A stretch of 56,835 nucleotides of DNA from Halomicronema sp. (GTDB lineage Bacteria > Cyanobacteriota > Cyanobacteriia > Cyanobacteriales > Oscillatoriaceae): positions 1-56,835 of the forward strand of contig DATNQM010000011.1 in assembly GCA_036704045.1 (NCBI GenBank). The letters are read 5' to 3'. The notes beneath the pieces were generated by a model that saw only the letters and a program-made list of their open reading frames with translations, did not search any database and had not been told where the DNA came from. Shown piece after piece: positions 11,047 to 22,120 of the stretch; position 1 is the first letter of the stretch, and every line of letters starts with the position of its first letter. The position numbers and the translations under genes were made by a program.

Positions 11047-12993
11047 TTATCTTTTTCCAGCAACTTGTTGAGAATTTAACCTCTCTGGTAAACTTTCCCA
11101 AAAAGGCTTTTCTACCCCATCACGGCGCGTATTTGTGGCACAGTGTGTATTTCCCCGCAATTCTTGATAATATCGGTCATTCAAAAAATACACAGTTAAA
11201 GCACTCGCAGCCACCCGCCGACGAAATTCTTCCTGAGTAAAATCTTTGCCATTAATAATAGCCCCACGAGGATTAGAAACCATTAACCGGCCATTAACCA
11301 CCACCGAATTTACCATATTCGGCCACCAAGAAGACCCACCAAAATCAAACATCGCTGGAACACGAATAATCTGATCATTGGTAAGATTAAATTCTCGCTT
11401 TACTTTCTCTTCAATAGCATTAATATTTTTTGCTTGCAGACGCAAATTATACTCAATTAGGTTTTTGTTTTGGAGGGCAGAACTAACTGTTGTTTGACTA
11501 CTTAAACCACGATTAATCAATTCATTTTTATGACCTTTTTTATCCAAGCTTTTTAACAGCTTAACTCCTTCTTCTGGACTAACAATCATCATTAAAGGTT
11601 TACCTGAAGGTGTAGGAATAAAACTAATAATTTCATCAACGTGACGAATGGCTAACCAAGAAGTATCAATATCAAGGGGTGGCCCTTGAATTTCTTGGGC
11701 TTTTAGAAAGTCTATAACGTCTGGATGAAAAGCAACACTGCCGGCATTTCCGTAATAAATTCTTCCTAAAGAATATCCGGGAATAGGAGGAGTAACTTCT
11801 AAATTTCCAAACCAATCTGTCCACTGATTAAGGGCATCTAAACGACGTGGTTTACCAACTTGAAACCACCCGAAATCTTTACTTAAAAGTGAACGAGGAT
11901 AAAAATCAGAAGCTTGTGGGCGTAGTCCATTTAAAACCACATTAAATTCCCTCATTTTTCCATCTTTTGGAAACTGTACATAACCGATTTCCATTGTGTC
12001 TTGTTTCCAAGTTGTTCCACCGGGAACGACATTAACTTTTGCGCCGGTGGGTGTAATACCGGCCCTGAGTTGGGAAACAAATTCGCGGTTCGCCATACCT
12101 ACATCACTAACATAAAGTTCCTTAACTTTTGCAGTATTAGGTACCATTAACCAAGGAGAAACTCGCATTTCTATAGTATCTTGAGAAACAATTTTATTTT
12201 TTTCTTTGGCAACTGCTTGCAGAGTAACCAAACCGTTCCAGTTACGGTTAGCAAATTGTTTAGCTTCTACGCCTAAAATAAGTTGTTTGGTGTAGGGAAG
12301 TGGTTGGGAACCATCCAGGGTAACGGGAACCCAGCCGCGTGTTGTTTTTTGAAAAACATTAATATAAGGACGGGATTTTGGATCAGCAATTAATGTAACA
12401 ATATTTTTTTGAAATTGTGGTGCAAGTTGGAGGGTAATTTTAGATAAATCTTCTTCATCTTTAGGGCCGTTTACTATTCTATCTTGCCAATCTGGCCGGC
12501 CTTTTTTATCATCATCATCCATGTTAAAAAGGATAAAGGGGCCGGTTTGCCATGTCCAAGTTTTGGTGTCTGTAAAATCGTTATCATCAATTTTGCCATC
12601 ACGGTTGCTGTCGCCAACAAGGGCAAAGTTTTTAGGTTGGATGCGTTGTTTTTCTTGGGTGGGGGTTCGATAGGGTTGGAGGGCGTTTTTTGATGTTGGG
12701 ATGCTGGTGTATTTGGCATAGTCAGCCGCTGTTATGCAACGGTTTTGTGGGATGCCGATTTTGGGGGAAAGGGTTACGCAGGTGGTGGGTGGGGTAACGG
12801 AAAGGGGAGTGTCGGAAAATTCCATACCGGCAAGGGTACCAAAAGCGGTGGTGAGGGCGATCAGAAACCCGCGAAGGTTTTGCCGTAAATTACGGGTGGG
12901 AGGGAGTTTTGGGGGTTGGGGAAATTTGCTTGCATAGATTGGCACGAGGGTGCGGGTTGGGGGTAGAATTGCTTGGGGCCATTGCCGTTGCAT
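11047..12993 (-). CDS. protein-arginine deiminase (vertebrate-type PAD family) homologue with a predicted secretion signal
   Basis: The C-terminal catalytic block aligns by eye with human PAD4: HVDEIISFIP vs HVDEFLSFVP, WPNMVN vs FPNMVN, and RGNTHCATNTRRDGVEKPF vs HGEVHCGTNVRRKPF (catalytic Cys). Asp-rich Ca-site-like segments (DSNRDGKIDDNDFTD, DDDDKKGRPDW) and an Arg-flanked hydrophobic segment (LRGFLIALTTAFGTLAG) ~40 aa into the ORF are also present. Confidence 0.8.
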   Translation of the reverse strand: MQRQWPQAILPPTRTLVPIYASKFPQPPKLPPTRNLRQNLRGFLIALTTAFGTLAGMEFSDTPLSVTPPTTCVTLSPKIGIPQNRCITAADYAKYTSIPTSKNALQPYRTPTQEKQRIQPKNFALVGDSNRDGKIDDNDFTDTKTWTWQTGPFILFNMDDDDKKGRPDWQDRIVNGPKDEEDLSKITLQLAPQFQKNIVTLIADPKSRPYINVFQKTTRGWVPVTLDGSQPLPYTKQLILGVEAKQFANRNWNGLVTLQAVAKEKNKIVSQDTIEMRVSPWLMVPNTAKVKELYVSDVGMANREFVSQLRAGITPTGAKVNVVPGGTTWKQDTMEIGYVQFPKDGKMREFNVVLNGLRPQASDFYPRSLLSKDFGWFQVGKPRRLDALNQWTDWFGNLEVTPPIPGYSLGRIYYGNAGSVAFHPDVIDFLKAQEIQGPPLDIDTSWLAIRHVDEIISFIPTPSGKPLMMIVSPEEGVKLLKSLDKKGHKNELINRGLSSQTTVSSALQNKNLIEYNLRLQAKNINAIEEKVKREFNLTNDQIIRVPAMFDFGGSSWWPNMVNSVVVNGRLMVSNPRGAIINGKDFTQEEFRRRVAASALTVYFLNDRYYQELRGNTHCATNTRRDGVEKPFWESLPERLNSQQVAGKR

Positions 12994-13647
12994 AGATTGT
13001 CCTCACACACAGATACTCAAGGAGTGAATTTAACTCAATCCTTGGTTAGTTTAGGAGAATTTAGGCCGTTTGTGCTGGGGTTGGGGGCGACAAAGTTTTT
13101 AAAACACCCGCTTCTTTGGATGGGTAAGGTATTGATTGGTTAATAATTGAGTATTGACTTTTTAGGATTTAGATGATATGAAAAAACTGCCTAAGTAAGA
13201 AAATATTTAAGAGCAAAAATGCAAAATTTGTTTTGTGGCTGGCCAAAAACAAGCTTAAAGTTAACTTATGGCGGGGTTAGTTGCCGGTGGGTGTGGTAAT
13301 AAAGGTTTTTTTGAGAAGGTGATGGTAGCTGGATTATGAAGCTTTTAATGGTCATCTTACGCTGTTTAACTACAGTTTTTGCTGTCAGTGGTTAAGCTAT
13401 TTATAGTTGTAATGTTTTCTGGGTTTGTTGTCGGTCGAAAGTTGGCCAGCCAAAAAGGTCTAGCTATTGTAAGTTACAAAAATTTTTTGAAGAAAAATTT
13501 AGATGTTGAGCAAAAATTGTGAATTTGTGTTATTGCACTTGACAATTAGGCCGGCAGAAGCTTTGCAGCAAAAGTCTGTGTCGTAGGTACGACTTGACCG
13601 CTATATTTGCTAAGGGGCTAATAAATTGAAATCATAAAGGTACAAGC

Positions 13648-15108
13648 ATGGTATCCATCCGCGAGTTACACAAACAACTAATCCGTAAAGACCGCTCGGC
13701 TGTTGAAATTACTAAAGAAGCGCTCGAACGTATTGAAAAATTAGAGCCAAAACTCCGCAGTTTCTTGTGTGTGACGGCTGATTTGGCTCTTGAGCAAGCC
13801 CGTCAGGTGGATGCTAAAATTGCTGCGGGCGAAGAAATTGGTATTATGGCAGGAATACCTATTGCAATTAAAGACAATATGTGCACTAAGGGAATCCCAA
13901 CAACTTGTGGTTCTCGAATTTTGGAAAATTTTATACCACCCTATGAGTCTACGGTTTCGCAAAAGCTAATGGATGCTGGTGCGGTAGTTTTGGGTAAGAC
14001 GAATATGGATGAGTTTGCGATGGGTAGTTCTACAGAAACTTCTGCCTATCAACTTACTGCAAATCCTTGGGACTTGGAACGGGTGCCGGGGGGGTCTTCT
14101 GGGGGTTCGGCTGCGGCGGTGGCGGCGAATGAGTGTGTGGTGGCTACGGGTAGTGATACTGGTGGATCAATTCGTCAACCGGCCTCTTTTTGCGGTGTGG
14201 TGGGGATGAAACCTACTTATGGGTTGGTTTCTCGCTATGGCTTGGTGGCTTATGCGTCTTCTTTGGATCAAATTGGGCCCTTTGGCCGGTCGGTAGAGGA
14301 TACGGCGATTATGTTAAGTGCAATGGCCGGTTATGATCCTAAAGATTCGACGAGTTTAAATGTAAAAATTCCTGATTATGCAAAGGCTTTGCAACCAAGT
14401 TTAAGGCCAAAAGGTCAGCGCCGAATAGGGGTAATTCAAGAAACTTTTGGGGCTGGTATTGATCCGGCGGTGGAAAAAGCGGTTACAAAAGCTATTGAAA
14501 AGTTACAAGAGTTAGGGGCAGAAATTCAGGTTGTTTCTTGTCCGCGTTTTCGCTATGGTTTGCCGACTTATTATATTATTGCTCCTTCTGAGGCGTCGGC
14601 AAATTTGGCTCGTTATGATGGGGTTAAATATGGTTTGCGTTCACCGGATGCAGAGAATTTAATTGATATGTATGCTAAGACTCGTGCTGAGGGTTTTGGC
14701 GCTGAAGTGAAGCGGAGGATTATGATTGGAACTTATACTCTTTCTGCTGGTTATTATGATGCGTATTATTTGAAGGCGCAAAAGGTACGGACGCTGATTA
14801 AACAGGATTTTGATAAGGCTTTTGCTCAAGTAGATGTTTTGGTTTGTCCAACGGCACCAACTACGGCTTTTAAGGCTGGTGAAAAGACGGATAATCCCTT
14901 AAGTATGTATTTGTCAGATTTGATGACAATTCCTGTTAATTTGGCTGGGTTGCCTTCTTTGAGTCTGCCATGTGGTTTTGATGAAAATGGGTTGCCAATT
15001 GGGTTACAAATGATTAGCAATGTGTTACAAGAACAGTTGCTTTTTGAGGTGGCTTATGCTTATGAACAAAGTACGGATTGGCATTTCCGTAAGCCTGTTT
15101 TGATGTAG
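13648..15108 (+). CDS. gatA: Asp-tRNA(Asn)/Glu-tRNA(Gln) amidotransferase subunit A
   Basis: Amidase signature [12 protein letters not shown]…[12 protein letters not shown] and GatA length of 486 aa. Confidence 0.95.
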   Translation: MVSIRELHKQLIRKDRSAVEITKEALERIEKLEPKLRSFLCVTADLALEQARQVDAKIAAGEEIGIMAGIPIAIKDNMCTKGIPTTCGSRILENFIPPYESTVSQKLMDAGAVVLGKTNMDEFAMGSSTETSAYQLTANPWDLERVPGGSSGGSAAAVAANECVVATGSDTGGSIRQPASFCGVVGMKPTYGLVSRYGLVAYASSLDQIGPFGRSVEDTAIMLSAMAGYDPKDSTSLNVKIPDYAKALQPSLRPKGQRRIGVIQETFGAGIDPAVEKAVTKAIEKLQELGAEIQVVSCPRFRYGLPTYYIIAPSEASANLARYDGVKYGLRSPDAENLIDMYAKTRAEGFGAEVKRRIMIGTYTLSAGYYDAYYLKAQKVRTLIKQDFDKAFAQVDVLVCPTAPTTAFKAGEKTDNPLSMYLSDLMTIPVNLAGLPSLSLPCGFDENGLPIGLQMISNVLQEQLLFEVAYAYEQSTDWHFRKPVLM

Positions 15109-15173
15109 TTTTATGAGAGGCTTTTTTCGCTAATTTTAAAGTTGGTGGGGAGAGTTGAGAGTATCACAAGGCT

Positions 15174-15194
15174 GGTGGGCATAGCCCACCTTAC
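15174..15194. repeat. Palindromic element GGTGGGC-ATA-GCCCACC-TTAC, 3 nt upstream of the hydrolase start codon
   Basis: Perfect 7-bp stem with a 3-nt loop. The same 21-mer with one loop change recurs at 22097-22117 and a related AGCTGGGCTATGCCCAGCTTAC at 2153-2174. Confidence 0.6.
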
Positions 15195-15196
15195 TT

Positions 15197-16060
15197 ATGC
15201 TTAAAATTGTGGTTTGGGCTTTAATGGCGGTTTATAGTTCGGCGTGCTTGTATTTGTGGGTTCGCCAACCAAGTTTTATTTTTTTCCCTTCTAAGGTGAT
15301 AGAAAAAACTCCTGATGCTGTGGGGGTTGTTTATGAGGATGTTTGGGTGGAGGTTGAGAATGGTGAACGTTTGCATGGCTGGTGGTTGCCGGCGAGTTCT
15401 CCTAGTTCTGATGTTTTGTTATATTTGCATGGGAATGGGATTAATATTGGGGGAAATGTAAATCATGCTTATCGATTTTCTCAGTTGGGATTGAATGTTT
15501 TTGTAATAGATTATCGGGGATATGGGCTTAGTGAAGGTGGTTTTCCTACGGAACAAAATGTTTACGAAGATGCTTCGGCTGCTTGGAATTATTTGGTAAA
15601 TAATCGCCGGTTGGCTGGGAAAAAAATTTTTGTTTATGGACATTCTTTGGGGGGGGCAATTGCAATTGAGTTGGCTACTCGTCATCCTGAAGTTGCCGGT
15701 TTAATTATTGAGGGTTCTTTTACTTCTATGCAGGATATGGTGAGTGAAGTTTACCCAGGTTTTGCTATTTTTCCGATTGGTTTGTTGCTGCATCAGCGTT
15801 TTAATTCTATGGAAAAGATTGGGAAATTAAAGATGCCGGTTTTGTTTATTCATGGAACTGCTGATCAGACTGTGCCGGCTTTTATGAGTCAACAGTTATT
15901 TGATTTGGCTAATGAACCAAAGGATTTATATTTTGTTGAGGGCGGGGATCATAATAATTTGGCAACGGTGGCTGGTAAACGTTATTTGGAGATTGTGGGG
16001 AAGTTTATTCGGGATGTCAACAATCGTAAGGTTTCTGCTAATTCTTTTCCTCAGCTTTAG
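15197..16060 (+). CDS. alpha/beta-fold hydrolase with an N-terminal membrane anchor
   Basis: GHSLGG nucleophile elbow, downstream Asp/His (HGTADQTVP, GGDHNN), and an N-terminal hydrophobic helix. Confidence 0.8.
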   Translation: MLKIVVWALMAVYSSACLYLWVRQPSFIFFPSKVIEKTPDAVGVVYEDVWVEVENGERLHGWWLPASSPSSDVLLYLHGNGINIGGNVNHAYRFSQLGLNVFVIDYRGYGLSEGGFPTEQNVYEDASAAWNYLVNNRRLAGKKIFVYGHSLGGAIAIELATRHPEVAGLIIEGSFTSMQDMVSEVYPGFAIFPIGLLLHQRFNSMEKIGKLKMPVLFIHGTADQTVPAFMSQQLFDLANEPKDLYFVEGGDHNNLATVAGKRYLEIVGKFIRDVNNRKVSANSFPQL

Positions 16061-16347
16061 TTAGATTAGGCGGTTGAGATGTTTTTGGTTTTTAAAAACC
16101 GAAAATGTGGTTTTTTTAAGCAAGAATTAAACTTTAAAAAGTATCAATATTACAAATTTTTATTACTTAAATTTTAATTTTTTAATGTAATTTTGAAAAG
16201 CTTTAAAAATTAATTTAGCACTTGTTTGATTAGTTTATACTAGTCTACAAATTAACGGTTAATTATGTTTTAACAAGTGTTATTAACAATGTCAAAAAAT
16301 TGTGTTATAATTAAAGTTCAATAATAATTAAAATCTAAAATAAAATT

Positions 16348-19300
16348 ATGTCTTTTGTGGGCTTACATATTCATAGCGATTATAGTTTGCTGGATGGGGC
16401 AAGTCAATTACCGCAATTAATTGATAGGGCTGTGGAATTGGATATGCCAGCAATTGCTCTTACAGATCACGGGGTTATGTATGGGGCAATTGAGTTAATT
16501 AAAGTGTGTCGTAGTAAAAATATTAAGCCGATTATTGGTAATGAAATGTATGTAGAAAATACTACACTTATTACAACGAAAAAAGGCAAAAAAGGGCCCC
16601 ATCATCAGGTGGTTTTAGCAAAGAATACTCAAGGTTACAAAAACTTGGTGAAGCTGACAACAAAGGCTCATTTAGAAGGTATGCAAGGGTCGGGTATTTT
16701 TCAGCGTCCTTGTATTAAAAAAGATTGGCTTGAGACATACCATGAGGGGTTAATTGTGACGAGTGGTTGTTTAGCCGGTGAGGTGCCGAGATTGCTTTTG
16801 CGTGAACAACTAGATGAGGCAAAAAATGTCGCCAAGTGGTATAAAAACTTGTTTGGGGATGATTATTATTTAGAAATTCAAGATCATGGCAATTGGGAAG
16901 ACAGAATTGTTAATGTAGGAATTGTAAAAATTGCCAAAGAGTTGAATATTAAAGTCGTTGCAACGAATGATTCTCACTTTACTTATTGTACTGATGTAGA
17001 GGCCCATGATGCGTTGCTTTGTGTTCAAACTCAGCAACTTATTTTTGATGAAAAACGGATGCGTTATAGCGGCACAGAGTATCTAAAATCTGCCGAAGAA
17101 ATGGCACAGTTATTCCGCGATCATTTGACCGATGATGTTATTAAAGAGGCGATTGAAAATACCTTAGAAGTGGCAGATAAGGTAACGAAGTATGACCTTT
17201 TTAATGAGCCTCGGTTGCCTAATTATCCTATTCCTTCTGGTTATACGGCAGATACTTATGTGGAGGAGGAAACTTGGAAGGGATTAATGGAAAGGTTAAA
17301 TGCTAAACAGAAAAGTGAAATTAAAACCGAATATAAGGAACGGCTGGAATATGAGTTAAAAATGATTCAAAAAATGGGTTTTTCGACTTATTTTTTGGTG
17401 GTATGGGATTATATTAAATTTGCGAGAGAGCAGGGTATTCCTGTGGGCCCTGGACGGGGTTCGGCGGCGGGTTCTTTGGTGGCGTATGCGTTAAGAATTA
17501 CGAATATTGATCCGGTGCATCATGGGTTATTATTTGAACGGTTTTTGAATCCAGAACGTAAGTCTATGCCGGATATTGATACAGATTTTTGTATTGAACG
17601 GCGGGATGAGGTTATTGATTATGTTGCTGATAAGTATGGGAAAGATCGTGTCGCGCAAATTATTACTTTTAACCGCATGACTTCTAAGGCGGTTTTAAAG
17701 GATGTGGCGAGGGTTTTAGGTATTCCTTATTCCGAGTCGGATAGAATGGCGAAAATGATTCCGGTGGCGCGAGGAAAACCGGAAAAATTAAAGAATATGA
17801 TTTCGGATAGTACGCCGGAACCGGAGTTTAAAACGACTTATGAAACTAAAGATTATGAGATAAAAGATGCCGGTGGAAATACAGTTGCAACGGTGACGGC
17901 GCGACAATGGATTGATATGGCACTCCGCATTGAGGGAACGAATAAAACCTATGGGGTTCATGCGGCGGGAGTGGTGATTTCTGCTGATCCTTTGGATGAA
18001 ATTGTGCCGCTACAAAAGAATAATGAGGGGGCGGTTATTACTCAGTATTTTATGGAGGATTTGGAGTCTTTGGGTTTGCTGAAAATGGATTTTTTGGGTC
18101 TGAAAAATTTAACGATGATTCAGAAGACTTTGGAGTTGATTAAGCAGACTCAAAATAAGGATATTGATCCTTATCAATTGCCGGCGGAAGAAAGGAAGTT
18201 TCAGGAAATTGCGGCGAAGGGAAAAACAAATAAAATTCCAGAGGATATTAAGAAAACCTATGCAACTTTAGCTGAGGGAGAGTTGGAGGGTATTTTTCAG
18301 TTGGAGTCATCGGGAATGCGTCAGGTTGTTAGAGATTTGAAGCCTTCTTGTATTGAAGATATTTCTTCTATTTTGGCTTTATACCGGCCTGGGCCTTTGG
18401 ATGCAGGTTTGATTCCTTTGTTTATTAATCGTAAGCATGGGAGAGAGGAAATTAGATACGATCACCAACTTTTAGAACCGATTTTGCAAGAGACGTATGC
18501 TGTTCTTGTTTATCAAGAACAAATTATGAAATTAGCTCAAGATTTGGCGGGATATACGTTAGGTCAAGCTGATTTACTGCGTAGAGCAATGGGGAAAAAG
18601 AAGGCTGATGAAATGAAGAAACAGCGAGAGTTTTTTATTGATGGTGCTACTAAAAATGGCGTACATCAAAAAATTGCTGAAGATTTGTTTGATCAAATGG
18701 TGAAATTTGCTGAATATTGTTTTAACAAATCCCATTCCACCGCCTACGCCTATGTGACCTACCAAACAGCTTATTTAAAGGCTAATTACACTACGGAATA
18801 TATGGCGGCTTTATTGACAGCAAATAGTGGCGACCAAGATAAAATTAAAAAGTATCTTGCCAATTGTCAAAGTATGGGAATTGAAGTTCAACCACCTGAT
18901 ATTAATCGCTCTCAAGTGGAGTTTACACCGTTAGATAAGAAAATTTTGTTTGGTCTTTCGGCAATTAAAACAGTAGGAGAAGAGGCGATTAAGTGTATTT
19001 TGCGCGCTAGAGAAAAAGATGGGCCTTTTAAATCTTTGCCGGATTTGTGTCAGCGAATTGATTTACGGGCTGTCAATACTCGGCCTTTAGAATCGTTAAT
19101 TAAATGTGGGGCTTTGGATAATATTAATCCCAATCGTAAACAATTAATGGAAGATTTGGATTTAGTAATTAAATGGGCGCAAAAAAAAGATAAAGACCGC
19201 GAAAGTGGACAAACTAATTTGTTTGATTTGCTTGGAGTGGCCGGTGATAAAAACGGCTTTGAAGAAGCGCCAAAAGGCAAGAAAGTTGATGATTTTCCTC

Positions 19301-20019
19301 AGAAAGAAAAATTACAATTTGAGAAAGAACTGCTGGGTTTATATGTGTCTGCTCATCCACTAAAGAATGCTGTGGCGATGGCAAAAAATCTTGATCCTGC
19401 ACCAATAACTCTTAGCGAATTGCAAGACAAAAAAAAGAAGAATAAAGTTAATGTGATTGTGTTGCTGACAGAGGTAAAAAAAATAACAACTAAAAAAGAT
19501 AATAGGCAAATGGCTTTTCTACAAATGGAAGATTTAGAAGGCCAAGCTGAGGCGGTAGTTTTTCCTGATACTTACGAGCAAATTAAGGATTTGCTTTTGC
19601 TAGAACAGCCTTTAATTGTTTCAGGAAAAGTGGAAATTAAGGAGGATAAGGCGCAAATTATTGTTGATAAAGTAGAGGAGGTTAAGGATGAGCCACTTAT
19701 GGCTATATATGAAGTAGCATCCCTACCTATTGAAGAGGAAGAAGAGTTAGAAAAAAATGTTAATATTGTGGTATTAGAACTCACGCCGCAAGAAGTACAA
19801 AATGTGGAAAAAATGGAAAATTTAAAAGTTATTTTTGGGGATTATACTGGCAATGGAAATAGTGTAAAAGTGCCGGTGGTTGCTATGATTGTTTCAGACG
19901 AACAACAGCGTTTTATTGAGTTTGGCTTAAACTATCGTGTACAGCAATATGATGAATTTGTGAGCCGATTAAAAGATTTGGGTTTTAAGGCGAATGTTTC
20001 TGCACTTGTGGCTGTATAA
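16348..20019 (+). CDS. dnaE: DNA polymerase III alpha subunit, contiguous (not intein-split)
   Basis: PHP domain ([13 protein letters not shown]), polymerase core, and a C-terminal OB region. There is no intein-like insertion, and a Lys-rich low-complexity stretch lies near the C-terminus. Confidence 0.95.
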   Translation: MSFVGLHIHSDYSLLDGASQLPQLIDRAVELDMPAIALTDHGVMYGAIELIKVCRSKNIKPIIGNEMYVENTTLITTKKGKKGPHHQVVLAKNTQGYKNLVKLTTKAHLEGMQGSGIFQRPCIKKDWLETYHEGLIVTSGCLAGEVPRLLLREQLDEAKNVAKWYKNLFGDDYYLEIQDHGNWEDRIVNVGIVKIAKELNIKVVATNDSHFTYCTDVEAHDALLCVQTQQLIFDEKRMRYSGTEYLKSAEEMAQLFRDHLTDDVIKEAIENTLEVADKVTKYDLFNEPRLPNYPIPSGYTADTYVEEETWKGLMERLNAKQKSEIKTEYKERLEYELKMIQKMGFSTYFLVVWDYIKFAREQGIPVGPGRGSAAGSLVAYALRITNIDPVHHGLLFERFLNPERKSMPDIDTDFCIERRDEVIDYVADKYGKDRVAQIITFNRMTSKAVLKDVARVLGIPYSESDRMAKMIPVARGKPEKLKNMISDSTPEPEFKTTYETKDYEIKDAGGNTVATVTARQWIDMALRIEGTNKTYGVHAAGVVISADPLDEIVPLQKNNEGAVITQYFMEDLESLGLLKMDFLGLKNLTMIQKTLELIKQTQNKDIDPYQLPAEERKFQEIAAKGKTNKIPEDIKKTYATLAEGELEGIFQLESSGMRQVVRDLKPSCIEDISSILALYRPGPLDAGLIPLFINRKHGREEIRYDHQLLEPILQETYAVLVYQEQIMKLAQDLAGYTLGQADLLRRAMGKKKADEMKKQREFFIDGATKNGVHQKIAEDLFDQMVKFAEYCFNKSHSTAYAYVTYQTAYLKANYTTEYMAALLTANSGDQDKIKKYLANCQSMGIEVQPPDINRSQVEFTPLDKKILFGLSAIKTVGEEAIKCILRAREKDGPFKSLPDLCQRIDLRAVNTRPLESLIKCGALDNINPNRKQLMEDLDLVIKWAQKKDKDRESGQTNLFDLLGVAGDKNGFEEAPKGKKVDDFPQKEKLQFEKELLGLYVSAHPLKNAVAMAKNLDPAPITLSELQDKKKKNKVNVIVLLTEVKKITTKKDNRQMAFLQMEDLEGQAEAVVFPDTYEQIKDLLLLEQPLIVSGKVEIKEDKAQIIVDKVEEVKDEPLMAIYEVASLPIEEEEELEKNVNIVVLELTPQEVQNVEKMENLKVIFGDYTGNGNSVKVPVVAMIVSDEQQRFIEFGLNYRVQQYDEFVSRLKDLGFKANVSALVAV

Positions 20020-20282
20020 AATAAAGATAGGAGTTTTCTAGCTAATTAAGGGATACTTAAAGTAAGGGCTTACGCAAAGGTGCTAAAAATAGTTTTTATA
20101 AGTAAATATTTAATTCAAAAAATTAACTATTTTGATAAGGTTTTTGCGTAAGTCATGTAAAGTTTATCTTACTTACAGATCAACTGTTGCGTTTTATATC
20201 ATAAATCAAAAAACGCCATCAAAAAAAGGATTTTAGGTGTTTTCAACCGCTTATGTCTATCAAAAAAATAGAGTTTATTCTT

Positions 20283-22112
20283 TTAATTTTCACCCTTACC
20301 GGCCCGCAATTTATCAGTCAATTTATGCCAAATATTCACTGTTTTATCCTTACTTCCGCTTACAATAATTTCCGATAAACTACTGGCTGCTACCGCACAA
20401 ATTGAATCCGAATGCCTGCTCAAATTATCCAATTCTTCCCCCGTGTTTACTTGCCATAACTTCACTGTTTTATCCCAACTTCCGCTAATTAAAATTTCAC
20501 TATTTCCCATAAAAGCGAGCGAAACTACCGTCCAAGAATGACCAGAAATAGTCCGTATTAAATTGCCTGATTCTACATCCCATAACTTAATGGTTTTATC
20601 ATCACTGCCGGTTGCCAAAATCTTACTATCACTACTAAAAGCTACTGCAAAAACCGGCCAAATATGATCTCTTAAAACATACCGCAACTCTCCCTTCATA
20701 TCCCATATCCGAATTGTCCTATCAAAACTCCCACTTGCTAACCATTTCCCATTCGGTGAAAACGCCACAGCCGTCACCTGTAAATTATGCTTTAAAATAC
20801 CAATTTCTGCCTTTTTATTAATATCCCAAAGTCTAATTGTTTTATCCCAACTCCCACTAGCCAAAATCTCTCCTTGTGGATGAAAGGCAACACTTTTGAC
20901 TGCATGAGAATGTCCTGTAAAAGAATGCAATTCTTCCCAGGTTTCCAAGTCGTAAATCTTTACGGTTTTATCATCACTTCCCGAAGCCATCAACCGGCCA
21001 TCAAGACTAAACGCAACTGTCTTAACAAAATTACTATGAGAATGTATTATATTCAATAATTCATAAGAATTTAAATCCCACAAACGAATCTTATTATCAT
21101 CACTTACAACCGCCAAAATAACACCCTTTGTATCAATCGCAACCCCATTAACCGGCCCAGAAAAATCGCCCAAAGTTTGTCGGCATTCCCAGAGAGAATT
21201 TTTAACCCCAGATAAACTCTTATCAACAAATATAGAATACTCTTCATTTGTATTTATCTGCTTCCATTTGTGGTTTTTCTTAACCTCTTCTATTACCGCA
21301 TCCACCGACAAAAACCGGTTCTTCAAAGAGTTTTCTACCAACTTATCCAAAACCTCCCCCAAACCCTCACTTACTTTTGTGAGCAAATAATATCTCCACA
21401 CCCAACAATTGCTTCCCACATCAAATAATTGAAACGGAGAAATACCCGTCAAAAAATATAGACAACACGCGCCCAAACTATAAAGATCGCTATAAAAAGC
21501 AAGACTTCCTTTTACCTGTTCAGGGGCCATAAATTCTGCACTTCCCCCCAAAAAGTTTTTTTGCCCACATCGCACCAAACCATCAACCAAAACCACATCA
21601 ATATCTCCCCCTAGACTCCTTAGTGTAGACTCACTACCGCTGCATTTCTCAACACTAGAGAGTGAGCTAAAAATCAAATTTTCCGGCTTAATATCCCCAT
21701 GAATCAATCCCTGATCATGAAGAACTTTTAATTGAGGCAGAACCTCCGTTAACAACTGCCAAATATCATCCTCATTAAAATTTCCCTCCTCCTTCATTAC
21801 CTCCGCTAAATTTCTGCCCGCAATAAATTCCTCAACCCAATAAAAACACTGCTCATCATAGAAAAAATCTAAAAACTGCGGTTTATTTCTATACCTTTTT
21901 AAACTTTTTAGCCGTAAAGATTTTTCCAAAAAACCATTTCTTTCTTTCTCAAAATCATCTCCAGATAAACCTTGACAATTTAATTCTTTAATCACACAAA
22001 AAAGCGCCGGATATTTACTTTCATCCCGCGCTAAAAACGTCCGAATTTCAAAAAACATAACATTATAAGGTGAGCTATTCTCAACATTTAGAAGTCGGTG
22101 GGCATTGCCCAC
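20283..22112 (-). CDS. Ser/Thr protein kinase (divergent, non-RD) fused to a seven-bladed WD40 repeat domain
   Basis: Catalytic loop HGDIKPENL and APE motif, with about seven WD repeats (GH…WD units) at the C-terminus. No GxGxxG glycine loop is recognisable. The ORF-track start is a GTG inside a hairpin. Confidence 0.85.
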   Translation of the reverse strand: MGNAHRLLNVENSSPYNVMFFEIRTFLARDESKYPALFCVIKELNCQGLSGDDFEKERNGFLEKSLRLKSLKRYRNKPQFLDFFYDEQCFYWVEEFIAGRNLAEVMKEEGNFNEDDIWQLLTEVLPQLKVLHDQGLIHGDIKPENLIFSSLSSVEKCSGSESTLRSLGGDIDVVLVDGLVRCGQKNFLGGSAEFMAPEQVKGSLAFYSDLYSLGACCLYFLTGISPFQLFDVGSNCWVWRYYLLTKVSEGLGEVLDKLVENSLKNRFLSVDAVIEEVKKNHKWKQINTNEEYSIFVDKSLSGVKNSLWECRQTLGDFSGPVNGVAIDTKGVILAVVSDDNKIRLWDLNSYELLNIIHSHSNFVKTVAFSLDGRLMASGSDDKTVKIYDLETWEELHSFTGHSHAVKSVAFHPQGEILASGSWDKTIRLWDINKKAEIGILKHNLQVTAVAFSPNGKWLASGSFDRTIRIWDMKGELRYVLRDHIWPVFAVAFSSDSKILATGSDDKTIKLWDVESGNLIRTISGHSWTVVSLAFMGNSEILISGSWDKTVKLWQVNTGEELDNLSRHSDSICAVAASSLSEIIVSGSKDKTVNIWHKLTDKLRAGKGEN

Positions 22113-22117
22113 CTTAC
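22097..22117. repeat. Palindromic element GGTGGGC-ATT-GCCCACC-TTAC overlapping the annotated GTG start of the kinase gene
   Basis: Second copy of the 21-nt element seen at 15174. The stem covers the GTG at 22110-22112 and sits immediately after the flotillin stop codon. Confidence 0.6.
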
Positions 22118-22120
22118 ATT

